Shown: positions 25,200 through 38,000 of the stretch, in pieces
Layout of the letters: the number at the start of each line of letters is the position of its first letter
Position numbering within the stretch: position 1 is the first letter of the stretch
Source: Proteromonas lacertae
Taxonomy: Eukaryota
DNA length: 64,000 nucleotides
Assembly (NCBI GenBank): GCA_002245135.1
Contig: NGBS01001168.1
Location: 124,001 to 188,000 of the forward strand
Reading direction: 5' to 3'
Position numbers and translations under genes: made by a program
The notes under the pieces: model-generated
What the model saw: only the letters and a program-made list of their open reading frames with translations
Databases searched by the model: none
What the model was told of the DNA's origin: nothing

Positions 25200-25500
25200 T
25201 TTTTACGTTTTTACTTAAGAAGAAACTAGTCGTTTTAGTCACTCTAAATGTCTTTGATTGAAGGGACATTGTTGTATTATCAACTCAGAAATAAAAAGCA
25301 ATTTTACTCAAATTATTAATTTTCACATTTTTTTTATATGAAGTGCAATATGAAATGTCTGTTTGAAAATGACTTTAGAAATCATTAATTCTATTTTGAT
25401 TTTTCTAATTATTATTTTTTTCATGACGTATTAGTGATTAGTTTTTGAGAATAAAACAAAAGTATAATTCATCACAGCTTGGCTTGACATTGTTTTTGTA

Positions 25501-26648
25501 ATGAATAGAAAAATCTTATCGTATAAAGAGAAATTTGGTCTAATTTTTATAGTGATAACTTAGGATTGATAGGCACTCCACACTACCTTAAAGCATTAGT
25601 GTGCTTTGCAGTATTGGTAATTATTTTATACATTGGAAGAGAAACATTGTATTTCATTTGTTTATATTTGTAATAGTAACAGTTATTTTACTATATTTAT
25701 TACTATTTTCTCCTCGTTCTTTTTAATCATTTATTTGAAGCAAGAAGAAATGGTATATGTACCATACCAAGAGGCATTACCAGGCCCATTGATGCTAAAT
25801 CCAATCGGGTTTAGAAATCCTCAAGAAGTTAATTTGCATTATGAAGATATATCAATCACATGTCCTGATGGAGTTAAATTAAATGCTTGGTTCATAGGTC
25901 AAGAAGATAGAGAACTTCGTTCCAATTGTTTTACAGTGTTATATTTCCATGGAAATGCAGGAAATATAGGAACAAGATTACCATATGCAAAACAACTATA
26001 TGATGAGATGAAAGTGAATATGTTATTAGTGGATTATAGAGGATATGGAAATAGTGAAGGTTATCCTAGTGAAATTGGCTTGCAGAGAGATTCAATTGCT
26101 TCGTTAGAGTATTTGAAAAGTAGAAATGACATTAATACAAACAGTATATTTATTTTGTTTATATTGTATTATAAATAGAAATAATTGTATTTGGGAGATC
26201 AATAGGTGGTAATGTTGCAGTATATTTAGCTTCATTATATTCAGTATTTTATAAAAACAATTATATTTATTTTATTAAATAGAATGATTTAAGTGGAATA
26301 ATCATTGAAAATTCATTTTCATCAATTGCTGATATGGGAATATCCCTTTTTCCTTTGTTAAAGTTTATTAAGTTCATATTACCTTTTTTCCTATTCAGCA
26401 ACTGGAATAGTATTAGAAAAATACCAAAAATCATATGTCCAATGTTGTTATTATGTTCAAAACATGATGATGTTGTTCCGCATGAACAAATGATGAAGAT
26501 TGTTGATACTGCCAAAAATCGAAAAGATTGTTTGACTGTTGTGCATTTGTTTGAACATGGAAATCATAATACTATTCCTGAAGCAAATCCACAAGAATAT
26601 GTAGAGCAATGGAGATCATTTATGAATATTTTAGAAAAAAGAGAATAA
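25501..26648 (+). CDS. ABHD13: ABHD13/BEM46-like alpha/beta-hydrolase
   Basis: ATG at 25501. Motifs LYFHGNAGNIG, VDYRGYGNSEGYPSE, spliced FGRSIGG, IIENSFSSI, DDVVP and GNHN. Four micro-introns. Confidence 0.88.
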
Positions 26649-26811
26649 TTTTTTATAATTTAAAGTATTTGTGATTTTTTAACGTGTTATTTATGATTTT
26701 TGGGTGAATTTTGAAATTAAAAGAAAAATGATCGTTTCATTTATCAAGCCTTTGACAAACTGTAACTGCTTGATTTTGAATTAAATAATTATTGCACTTT
26801 GCCAATAAGAA

Positions 26812-29800
26812 ATGGATCCAGACCCACTCAAGAGCAGTCCTCTAATGAACCGCATTCATAAAAGAAATGCAGATGAGCTAAGACGTAATTCAGTATTTTT
26901 TAATGGTTTATTCTTCATTATTTCAATAGATAAGTCCAGGCAGACGTTCTATTACCGAAAATTCTAATAAGCCAAGAGTAGATGTAGGAAGACCAACCAC
27001 ATCTCGAAAAATACCAAATCCAAACCCTGATGTTTATTGTGATTATGTTGTACAATCCCCACCATCACAAAGAAATAAGAAGTATTATATTTGCAATTTT
27101 ATACCTCTAATAGTGCAAGAGAAGAATTAATTTTAGATTATGATTCAAAATCAACAGAGAGCTATGAAGATATTAACAAGAAGATTGATGAAGCAGGAGC
27201 TAATGATGTATATTGAAATAAATAATTAATTTTATAGTTATCAATACTTACATCCTATTTACAGAAATTAGCAAACAGAGTTGATTCAATAGAAACAAAA
27301 CTTACAGAAAACAAACAAAATCAAGATTCTATCAAGCGCAAACGAGCCGCATCACCTTATGCATTTTATGCACCAGAAACAAAGACAGGAGATACAGAAT
27401 CTGAAGATAATAACAACCGTTCATCATCCTCTGAAGAACAAGGAGAAGAAGAAAAAGATAATGATGATGATGATGATGAAGCAGGTGAAGAAAGTGAATC
27501 AGGTGGTGAAGAAAGCAGTAGTGCAGAAGCAAACAGTGATGATGATAATAATAATAATGAAAAAGATCCAAGTCCAAGTGATGAAGACAGTGAAAGTGAT
27601 ATTCCAATAGAAAGTAAATCACCATATCGATCAACTAAAGAGATATATAAAGATTATGAGAAAGTACAGCAGTTATTCCAAAGCTTGAATAATATTTTAC
27701 CAACCTTAACACCAGAACAAAAGAAAGATACAATTTCAAGAATGGAAGAGTTGATAAAGATAAGTGATTCATTGAAACAAGAACACACATTATCGTCAGC
27801 TTGGGAAGAAAGAAATACACCTGTACATCAACGTGTTATAAGTTCAACCAATGATAATCAAGATAATCAAGAAGAAGAAGAGGAGGAGGAAGAAGAATAT
27901 AACCCTGAGAATAACAATTATCAAAGACAACAACAATTACAACAGAAACAACAACAACAATATCGTAATGATCAAGAAGAAAGAAGAGAAAAAGAAGATA
28001 ATAGAAGAATAGAACAACAACAACAACAACAACAACAATCTCCAATCAAGATGAGATCTGCAGCTGAAATTAGTAATGATATAAAACAAGTTCATATGTT
28101 ATTTGCTGCATTAAAAGAATCATTAACAATCTGTAAAACTAGTGATTGGAGTAATCACATAATGTCAATATTTTCTGAAAGATTTGAAGAATTAGGTAAT
28201 GAATTAAGAAATGCTGAACAATATTATAAAGACCATCCAATGACTCCTGAAAAGAAAAGAGCATCATTAACAGCAGCCACATCTCAACAACAACAACAAC
28301 AGAATAATAATGATAATAAGAAGTTTATGACTCCAACTATTAGAATACCACCAGCTAAACCAACTGAAGATGTCAATGTTCCATTGTCATGTCCAGCAAA
28401 GACAAGAAATCAAAATATTAAGCCAACATATGATCCATTACAAAGATTTAAAGATAATAATGAGAATGACAATGACAATGATAATAGAAAGAATGAAAGT
28501 CATTCTTTCTCACAACGTTTCAATTATGATGATGATATTGACAGTTATGGTAATGAAGAACCACCAAGACCTCATTCTGAACCAACTCTTGAAGAAGTTG
28601 ATGAGAAATTAGATAGTGATAATGATAATGATAATAATTATTATGATTTACCTCCACCATCTTCTCAACCATCAAGAGTACAACAGAAACAACAATCAAT
28701 GAATGAAGAAAGATCCAAATTAACTGCGTATTCAAATGAAGAACAAGTTCTGAGTAATGAAATTGAAACATTGCAACAAGAATTTATACAATTACAAAAG
28801 GATTTAGGTAATGCCAAAACACCTGAAGAAAGACAACAGATTGTATATAGACTGATGGATTTAGAAGGTAGATTCAAAACTTTAAATCAAAAAATGAGTG
28901 ATTTAACTAATAATATACAAGGAAAGAGAGAAAGAACTGAAAAGGATATTAAAAAGGATATTCAGTTATGTTTTGCTGAATTTAGACAATTAAAAGATGA
29001 ATTAGAATATGCTTCAGAATCAAGAAAGAGTGAAATAGTGAAGAGATTAATGCAAATTAAAACAGAAATGGATGAATTAGCGGATGAATTACAGGAATTA
29101 AACAGCAGTAGTGTATTTTCAGCACCATCTATTCAACCAAGCACACTCAGACAACAAGCCCAACAACAGAAACAATTAAAAAGTAAACAACAACAACAAC
29201 AACAACCATTTACATCATCTAATATAATGGAAAGAATGCAATATATTAAAGATGAATTTACAAAATGTAAAGAAGAATTAAAAACAGCATCCCCACAAGA
29301 AGCTGAAATAATAATGGGAAAAATAAGTGCATTAAATGACGAAGCTGAAGAAATAACCAGAAGTTTAAATGAAAGAAGTAATGAAAATATCAAATATAAA
29401 GCCCAACAAGATGCTAGATCAATGACATATGATGAATTACAAGCCTTAATCGATGATAATGATAAAAAGATCAATGTATTAATCAACAAAATACAAAATA
29501 ATGATGATAATAATAGAAATGGTAGTAATAATGATGATTTAGATGAATATACTAACTTAGTTGAATATAATAAAGCATTACAAGAATGTTTAAATGATAG
29601 AAATGATTCTAATAAAGCTACACCATCCAGTACAACTGCTAATAGTGATGCAGATGATGATATTGAATTGAAAGATTTATATAACAGATTTTTATTATTA
29701 CAAAAGAAAATTGCAACTGCTAAACCTTCAGATTTACCAAAATACAAAGAAGAATTAGTTAATATACAAAGAGATATGGGCAGATTACATACTTCTAAAG

Positions 29801-29813
29801 AATCTGGACCATC

Positions 29814-29862
<49 letters not shown>

Positions 29863-30084
29863 CGTAATGGAGAGGAAGAAGGTGATGATGATGATGATGA
29901 TGATGATACAATACAAAAATTGATTTATTTAGCTGTTCTATCTTCAAAAGATTGTGAAACAATGGAAGAAAAAGAAGGATTCTTCAAACGATATTTCAAT
30001 GAGAAATTAGGAGGTTTAGGCTTTAATGATGTATTAATTAATAAGTTTGTTGATACTGCAATGGAAATAGCCAGATTGCAGTAG
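26812..30084 (+). CDS. Low-complexity acidic/Gln-rich coiled-coil protein of unknown function
   Basis: ATG at 26812 with micro-introns near 26892, 27082 and 27208. The long exon is continuous with ORF 27685-30084. Repeated helical hairpins (LKDELEYAS..RKSEIVKRL; CKEELKTASPQEAEIIMGKI) and poly-Q/E/D tracts. Confidence 0.65.
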
Positions 30085-30205
30085 TCATTAAATAAAATGT
30101 TATGATATATTTTTTATATTATCAATATAATATATATAAACTCTTTTTTTTTTTGATTAATCACAAACACATAATAAAAATAATCTATTATTATTATACA
30201 CTTAA

Positions 30206-31252
30206 TTAATCTGAATCACTATATTCTACTTTCTTCTTTTTACCTTTTGTAAGTTTCTTTTTCTTTAGATACTCCCATCTCTTTATATTTCTACAACAAA
30301 AACAATGTTTCACTATTTTTAATTTATTCTCATTATATGGTTCATGCTTTTTACCATTACCTTTTTGTTTATCTCTTGATAGAAATGACCATAACGGTTT
30401 ATAATGAGCTATTCTCCCACATTTACAAAAACCATTTGTTTTTATTCTTTCTTCTTCTTCCCATGATAATCCTGTTAATTCATCAATTTTTCTATCCATT
30501 GCACATTCTATACATAAAAATGTATATTTTATTTTATCATAAAAACATTTATATAAATTATTTTCTTTGTTACATTTTGAACAAACAACTTTCATTTCTT
30601 CATATTGAAGATACATACTTAATGCTTTTTTGTCATAATCTTTATCTAATCCATAAAATTCAGGATTTAAATTTTTATAATAATATTTGTTTAAAACTGA
30701 AGACGAGTTAATTATTTGAGATAATATACTCTTTGGATCTGATAAACTAGACAATGATGAAAATATATCATCTTCACTATAAGTTTCTTTTGAACCAGTA
30801 GTTATAGATGTAGGATGAGAAGATCTGTCTGCTGGTAATGATGCTGCTGCTGGAAGAGATTCTTCTGTAGCAATAATCTCTGTGTTATATATTGTTTGTG
30901 AAATTGGATTTTGAATAAAAGTAGAGTATTCTGATGATTTTTGTGGAGGAGGACTAGAAGAATCATTATCATATTTCAAACTCATTGAACCAAGTTTCTC
31001 TGATAAGAAATCACTACAGTCTATTCGACTATTTGGTCTAACATTAACACTTCTATCTCTATCTCTTAGAAAATCATTACTATTTACTAACTCATCAGGA
31101 ATTGATTCACTAATATTAATTGATTGAGTGTAATCAACATGTTGTAAATGTTCTCCACCCTTGTTTGTATCAAGATCAGACAGATTGTCTACAAATGCTG
31201 AACTAGTAGAATTACAGGCGTCTTCATCATCTTCTATGAAAGTTGAAAACAT
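30206..31252 (-). CDS. Cys-rich zinc-finger family protein (subtype C), intronless
   Basis: Disordered Ser/Asp N-terminus, then CSKC...CIEC...FCKCGRIAHYKPLWSFLSRDKQKG...CFCCRN. Close paralog of 61151-62185. Confidence 0.75.
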   Translation of the reverse strand: MFSTFIEDDEDACNSTSSAFVDNLSDLDTNKGGEHLQHVDYTQSINISESIPDELVNSNDFLRDRDRSVNVRPNSRIDCSDFLSEKLGSMSLKYDNDSSSPPPQKSSEYSTFIQNPISQTIYNTEIIATEESLPAAASLPADRSSHPTSITTGSKETYSEDDIFSSLSSLSDPKSILSQIINSSSVLNKYYYKNLNPEFYGLDKDYDKKALSMYLQYEEMKVVCSKCNKENNLYKCFYDKIKYTFLCIECAMDRKIDELTGLSWEEEERIKTNGFCKCGRIAHYKPLWSFLSRDKQKGNGKKHEPYNENKLKIVKHCFCCRNIKRWEYLKKKKLTKGKKKKVEYSDSD

Positions 31253-31485
31253 CAAGCTTAAGCTTGATATAAAAAATCTTTTGAATATTCTATCTCTATT
31301 ATATTAAGATTAGATGTGAATGATATTATTTCTAATCATAATAATAACTTAACACTGTATAATGGCTATACTAAGGCAAAATTTTGTAAAAAGATGAGAT
31401 TGATTGTTCCACGACAAAAATACATTAAAAATAATCAATTATATACTATATTTATATGAATCAATATTCTCTCTTCTTCTTCTTC

Positions 31486-32491
31486 TTACCATTTCAATTT
31501 GTACTTTTTCTTTTTCTTCAGATATTCCCATCTCTTGTAGTTTCGACAATAAAAACATTGTTTCTCTAGCTTTAATGCATTTTCATTTACAGATACATGC
31601 TTTTTACTGTTAACTGTCTGTTTATCTCTTGATAAAAAACACCATAAAGGTTTATAATGAGCTAATCTTTTACACTTACAAAATCCTTCTATTCTACCTT
31701 TTTCTTCTTCTTCCCATGATAATCCTGCTAAGTCTTCACCATTCTTATTAACTGCGCATTCTACACATAAGAATGAATTATCTTTTTTATCACAAAAACA
31801 TTTATACAAATATTTTTCCTTTCTTACACTCACAACATTTTACCTTTTTATATTCATTTTGAAGGTATTTACTCAGCTGCTTTTTTATCAAAATCAGCTT
31901 TTAATCCATAAAAAACAGGATTTAAATTTCCAGAATATTTGTTTGAAATAGAAGATGAATTGTAAATTTGAAAGATATTCTTTGGATTTGTCAAACTTGA
32001 CAATGATGAATAATCTTCATTTTTATAACTTCCTGTAATGTTTGAAACATCAGAGACAGTTGGAGGTTGAGGAGTTGTGCAAGTTGATAACGACGGCGCT
32101 GGATGTGCTTCTTTTATATCATCAGCTTCTGTGTTATTTAAAGATTCTGCCATAGAAACACAAGTGTGTAATGAAGAGGAGTCTGGAGGTAGATTTATAG
32201 ATATAGAATCATCCTCTAAACCTATAGTGCCATACTCATCACATAAACTGTTACTCTCCTCTAATGGATTTTTTGGTGTAATATCACCACTTATATCCCT
32301 ACATCTCAATAATTCACGGGTGTTGTTTGAATTATCAGGGAGTGTTTGAATATTATCTAATTCTAATGGAAAATGGCAATATTGAATTTTTTCTGCATCA
32401 CTGCCTGTGTCTAGATAATGCAGAGGGTCTATTACTGGTGATCCACTAGCATTATTAGTATATTGTTGATTAATCATAGTTTATTAAAACA
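31486..32491 (-). pseudogene. Zinc-finger family copy (subtype C) broken by two +1 frameshifts and a damaged start
   Basis: ORFs 31869-32477 and 31486-31833 join through DFDKK./.LSKYLQNEYKKVKCCEC/KEKYLYKC after two single-base shifts. The ATG homologous to the paralogs' start is followed by TTT TAA. Confidence 0.75.
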
Positions 32492-32649
32492 TCAAACCCA
32501 AGCTTGGTCAAAATAGAAAATTTTTACATAATTTCGACATGGAATCATCATGCAAGTAAAACATTATTATAACTATCGATATGATCTATTCTAGTATCAG
32601 TTTCTATGTCAGTTGATGTTTTCCTACATATTTCCAATTTTTATCTTCA

Positions 32650-33120
32650 CAATAAATATTATCAAATAATTTCAACATTATAAACAATGTGATTCAGGAC
32701 TTTATATACATCCATATGTTGCAAACACATTCGTATTCTTATCCTTATCCTTTTCTATTTATAAAACCTATTGTATTGGTTATAAATATGGAGTTTTATT
32801 ACATCCTTTGATATATATATTCGATGCAGCTAAATTCTATTACCGAATTGATTTTTATCATTATATATTGGCTTTATAATCCCTTTCCATAGACAATTTT
32901 TATCATTATTATTATTATTATCATCAATTAAACATTTTATACAAATATTATAATTATATTCCGGTTTTGCACATGACTGTAAGTGTTTTATTTCTTCACA
33001 ACAGTATCTTCACACTATATTCTTTTTAAATCTTTAATAAATTGATATATTTCCAATTTCATGTTTTTATTATCCTTTAGATTATGATCAGGGAATATAA
33101 TTCATCATAACTACCTGACA
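32650..33120 (-). pseudogene. Heavily decayed relic of the zinc-finger family (subtype B); may extend upstream to about 33870
   Basis: Minus-strand fragments read PDHNLKDNKNMKLEIYQFIKDLK / KNIV*RYCCEEIKHLQSCAKPEYNYNICIKCLID / EKDKDKN...SPESHCL*C*NY. They align by eye with SDYNLEGNIFTKEDVYEYIKQAKETVVCNVCRKVIKKLHSFGKP...QKGKDKN...PEKQCSYCRNF of 58794-59699. Confidence 0.7.
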
Positions 33121-34039
33121 ATTGTATTGTAAGCAATAGTTCATCTTTTATTGATGTTTATCAACGTGTTAATAGTGACAAAAATGGTGATGGTTGATAA
33201 ATGATATTATTTGAATTATTCACATAGAAAAATGACAGATATTTATTTGCAGATCATTAATTAATCATGGTGATAATCCATTATAATAACTAATGAGTAG
33301 AGATAAATGGTGAATTGAAGTATAGTAAATTATCCATTTATTATTTTGGTAAAATTGTAATATTATTGAATGTTGGTTTATATTTCAGTATTCCTTTAAT
33401 CTGTTCAACTTCTTTGATTGTTGAAATGCATTTATTGTATTAGTCAACTAAATTTGATTGAATTAACCATCTTTGATTCACACTATTTATATCCTGTTTT
33501 AAATAATATTTTCTTCCTTAAAATTAATAATCGATTGTGGCGGAAGTGTTTGGTGTTGTATTCAAAGGTGTAATTACTCATTTTTATTCTTTTGAATGTT
33601 TTCGACTGATAGCTTAATTTTCATAACAAGAAGTAATTTGTTTAACAGCATTCAGTATAATATAATCCATTTTGGTTCAAACACAAATTTACATGAACAT
33701 ACCTCCAACTTTATCTATGTTTCTTTTATTTCATATATAATTCAAGTTTTATTTAAACTGATATCATCTGTACTATTATCTCAATAATTCAATTAGAAAT
33801 TATCTTATGTTGAATGTAATGAAATAGCTACAATACGTTTGTTTGATTTTATTTGATTATATACAAATAAATAACTACTTAAAGAGCTCTGTAAACACCA
33901 TTACTCTTAATTTGAATAAAAAAGCTTGACAAAAGATTTGAGTAAAAATTATTTTTATGTATATCTACACATTCCGTAAATATAACAACCAATTTCATAA
34001 ATTCAATAAACAAAATCTAAAATTATAAAATATAAATAT

Positions 34040-35260
34040 TTAATTTTCTCCAGAAGTACGATTAATGTTATTCACAGATTCTAATGGTTTGAAAGAGTCA
34101 TTTTTTGCTTCTGGAGGAGGTGGTAATTGTTGTTGCTGTTTCTGTTCTTGTTTTTGTTGTTGTGGAATTGAAGATAATCTTGATCTTCTTTCATATATTT
34201 CACTTAATCGATTTTCATCAATCTTAGGTAATGGTGTAGTACACATACTTCTACATCCATTATCATTCTTTTCAATTCTCAATAAAGACTCTACTTTAGC
34301 TCTACAAACTGGACATTTATTAGTTTGTAATCTCAAAGCCATACTACATTCTGAACATAAACAAATATGCCTACATGGCAATAATATTGTATTCTTTGGA
34401 GCTGACATACAGATAAGACAATCTTTACCTTCATCTAATCCAAATACTTCATTTACTATATAACCATAATGACTTACGTGAATCTTTTGTTTAATTACTT
34501 GACAAGTTAAACCAGTATCAGATCCACTATTTACATAATAATTATATATATATATATATATATATAATACATAAATGTTAAATATGTTAATAATGAAGAG
34601 GAAGATCCTTCTTCTCTATGTAACATTCCATATAAATTCATATTAATATAAGTGATGGAGATAATCATCGGATATATATTTGGATCTATGTTTTGTTCAT
34701 ATTCAATTCTATTAGATGGGAATTCTTTTGGATGAAATATTAAATTATGTTGTGAAGAATCAAATGTTTGATTTAAGCCAGCTTTACAGGTAATAACGGT
34801 TGGACTAGTTCTTTTCTCACCTTCATTATTTGGTAATAGTTCAAGTGATGTTGTTTCATGTTTTGATCCTTCTGATTCTTTTACAACAAAGAAACTATAA
34901 CAAATAATATAATATTATTGTTATTAATACAAGCTTATATTCACATCAACATTTGCATCATATTTAAATTGTATTGTAAAATCATCTTCATCTTCAGATA
35001 TCATGTTTATATTAAACGATTTTGGATCTACCATAAAATTGTTCTTGTAATGTCTAATTTTTGTAGGATTCGCCTAATCAGAAAATTAGAATTACTAATA
35101 ATACAGAAGGTATTTTAGGAGCAAAAAGTGACCAACCATTTCTTTGACCAGCCATCATTCTCACTTGATCTGGTGAATAAAACTGTGTAGCTATATGATA
35201 TATGTTAACTGATATACGTTGTTCAAAGTCAGATATTGCATTACTAAAAGCAGCACCCAT
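34040..35260 (-). CDS. MGRN1/LOG2-like RING (C3HC4_3) E3 ubiquitin ligase, copy 1
   Basis: N-terminal MGAAFS (possible myristoylation). Then QFKYDA, IYPMII, VIKQKI...VNEVFG and the RING CLICMSAPKNTILLPCRHICLCSECSMALRLQTNKCPVCR. Micro-introns. Confidence 0.87.
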
Positions 35261-35411
35261 ATCTTACACAAAACAAAGAAAACACTTTTTTTCTAAACCA
35301 AAAAGCTTGATTCTGTTTGAATGATTCCAAACTGAAATGCAGAAGAACAAATAGAAATATGGTATATTTTATACAATTAATACATAAAATAGAATATAAA
35401 AAATACAATAA

Positions 35412-36394
35412 TTAATCTAAATTTACTATTAAGGATGATTCAATTTCACTTCTACACAAGGGACATATATTGGTATTAGCTCTAATCTGCATACAACATT
35501 CATTACACAAACAATAATGTCTACATGGGAATATCACAGTGTCTCTCTTTTGAGACAAACATACAACACAATCTGTCCCTTCAGAGTTATTAATTCCATA
35601 GATTTCTTTCAAATAGTATCCATGATCCATAATATGTATTTTTTGTTTTATTAATTCCAATTTAGGAGCGTTAGTAGGAGATCTACATAATAATCATAAC
35701 TACAAATATACAAAACAGTAAAATAGGATAATTGTGATGTAATTGTTGGACTAGAAATACCTGTGAGTGGATACATTGGATTTCTAATTGCAACTATTAA
35801 TGGATAGTTATTTCTATCAGCAGATAATAATTTAGGATTTGATGGTAATGAAAATGGAACTTCCACCTTCTGTGTATCTACAACAATTGATTCTCCCTAT
35901 AATATAATATATATATATGAATATGCTTTAGAAAATGTCTGAATTAATGGAAAAGGCCTTCCATCTGGATTTATAGGAGTTAACTGTATTGTTTCAAGAT
36001 TAGATCCAACGGTTTCACTTGCTAAAAAGTATCTACAAGTTAATAACAAGAATGAAATACATTTCAACTTGACATTCTATCGATGCTTCTATTTCAAATG
36101 ATATAAAAAATTGATTTGACCCATTATTGGTAAATTTAATAGTATCGTTTTTGAAATAAAAGTCATTATGAACATGAGTAGCATTCATAGTTCCTCCCTT
36201 TAATATACAACGATATTTATACAACTGATATATCTGGAGCTGGTCTATTTTCATGTGGTACTTGATATGGTGAATTTCTATTTACACTTCCTGAATTAAC
36301 AAATTGCGGTGCTATTGTAAATGTTATTCTATAGAATATATATACGAGGAATTCTATCCTCTCTAAATGCTTCTTCTGAATAGAAACTCCCCAT
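35412..36394 (-). CDS. MGRN1/LOG2-like RING E3 ubiquitin ligase, copy 2 (contains GC-AG intron 35897-35926)
   Basis: ATG at 36394 (MGSFYS). Then NYPLIV, LIKQKI...LKEIYG and CVVCLSQKRDTVIFPCRHYCLCNECCMQIRANTNICPLCR. Confidence 0.85.
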
Positions 36395-36487
36395 TTTTTA
36401 CGAAAAGAAGAAGAATTTTCATACACCCAATTCAGTCATTACATAGTAAAAAGAATATAAGGAAATAAAAAAAAATGTAACTTCTAT

Positions 36488-37840
36488 TTATATGTAAACC
36501 TGCAAATTTGAATGTTTTCTTTCAATCGATTGTAATAATAACTGAATACTATTTGTATCAGAAAAATCATTACCTTTTACATCCAATATTCTCAATTTTG
36601 ACAAAGATTCATCATATATAGGTAAAATCAAATAGTTTATACCTTGTGAACTTATACGATTAGCTAAACACAAATACAAATAAACCAATAATAAAGATAC
36701 ATTCAATGTAAATCTCTTCTAAATAAGGAAAGAATTTTCTTTGGATTAATTGAACAAAATCCATCAATCCTTTTGAAGATAAAAAGTTGTTATTCAAATT
36801 CATAACTTTCAAACTTGAAGCACATTTCATACTTTCACCTAGAAAGCGGAATGAATCAGGATTTAATTGATTTGACTCTAAGTTTAATAATTCTAAAAAC
36901 ATTAATGATTCACTTAATAATTCACCTAAATATCTCATTCCATCTTCTGTTAAATAAATTGATGATAAATCCAATGTCGTAAGACGTAAAGATAATGGAA
37001 ATGGTTTACTTGGATTCAACTCTTCAATCTCTATTGACATATATGATTTAGACTAATTGACAATACTATTTATTAGTTTATTTGTAATGTTAAACCTATC
37101 CACTTTAAGTGATCTTGCATATCTTGTTAAAGGAGTTGATGAACTCTTTGATAATATACGTGCCATTTCCTTTAATCCATTACTTCTAATGTTATTTCCA
37201 CTTATATATAATTCTCGAATATTTGGACAAAAATAGAGTGTATATAAAATTGGTTTTATTGATCTTTCAGTAAGAGTATTGTGAGATAAATTCAGTGAAT
37301 ACAATCCTATAAACTTTCCTAATTGCAGTACTTTGAGAATAAAATATAACCCATTATCTGATATATAATTATCTAATTAATGAAATATAGAGTAAAGTAC
37401 TTGAAATATCTAATGAAAATGGATATTTAACTGACAAGCGACACAAAAATTGAGATAATGGCTGCATACAAGCATCATTCAAATTGTTATCTATAAATAT
37501 GTTAGGATATATACTTGTTAATTGCAGTTCTCCTAATTCATCAAGCTTTAACAAAGCAAATTGACCAAATAATATCTGATAGTTTGTATATAAATTATCA
37601 CCTTAACGATATTAGTATATATTGTTACATTTTATTTTTTGAACATGTTTATATGACATTAAAACACATAATAATGAATTTAAATCATTATCACTTAATG
37701 TACCTAACAAATAACTCATTCATAGTATTACCTGTTAATTCAATGATTGAATCATTTGCTGATCTGTTTATGAACAAGGCATCAACTGCATTATTACCTG
37801 TTGTAGGTAATATATCATCGTTAGGCATTAAAACTTCCAT
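36488..37840 (-). CDS. RNI-like leucine-rich-repeat protein
   Basis: ATG at 37840. Spliced exons carry LNLSHNTL, LYISGNNI, LNLESNQL, MNLNNNFL and LDVKGNDF repeats at about 28-aa spacing. Confidence 0.75.
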
Positions 37841-38000
37841 TGCTTCAAAAAAACACGACTATTAGATTATACTGACTATTATATACTGTTATAATATGTA
37901 TATTGAATATAACATTAATTTATAAGAAAATATCAATTATGAAGTATTTTCAATTAAATCAAAATTCAAACACTGTTATGTTAATAACAATAAATAAAAT

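Noticed and set aside
29133..29747. Short opposite-strand or off-frame ORFs such as 29133-29747, 21532-21915, 40574-40942 and 57421-57801
   Set aside because: They overlap well-supported genes and show low-complexity shadow composition with no motifs.
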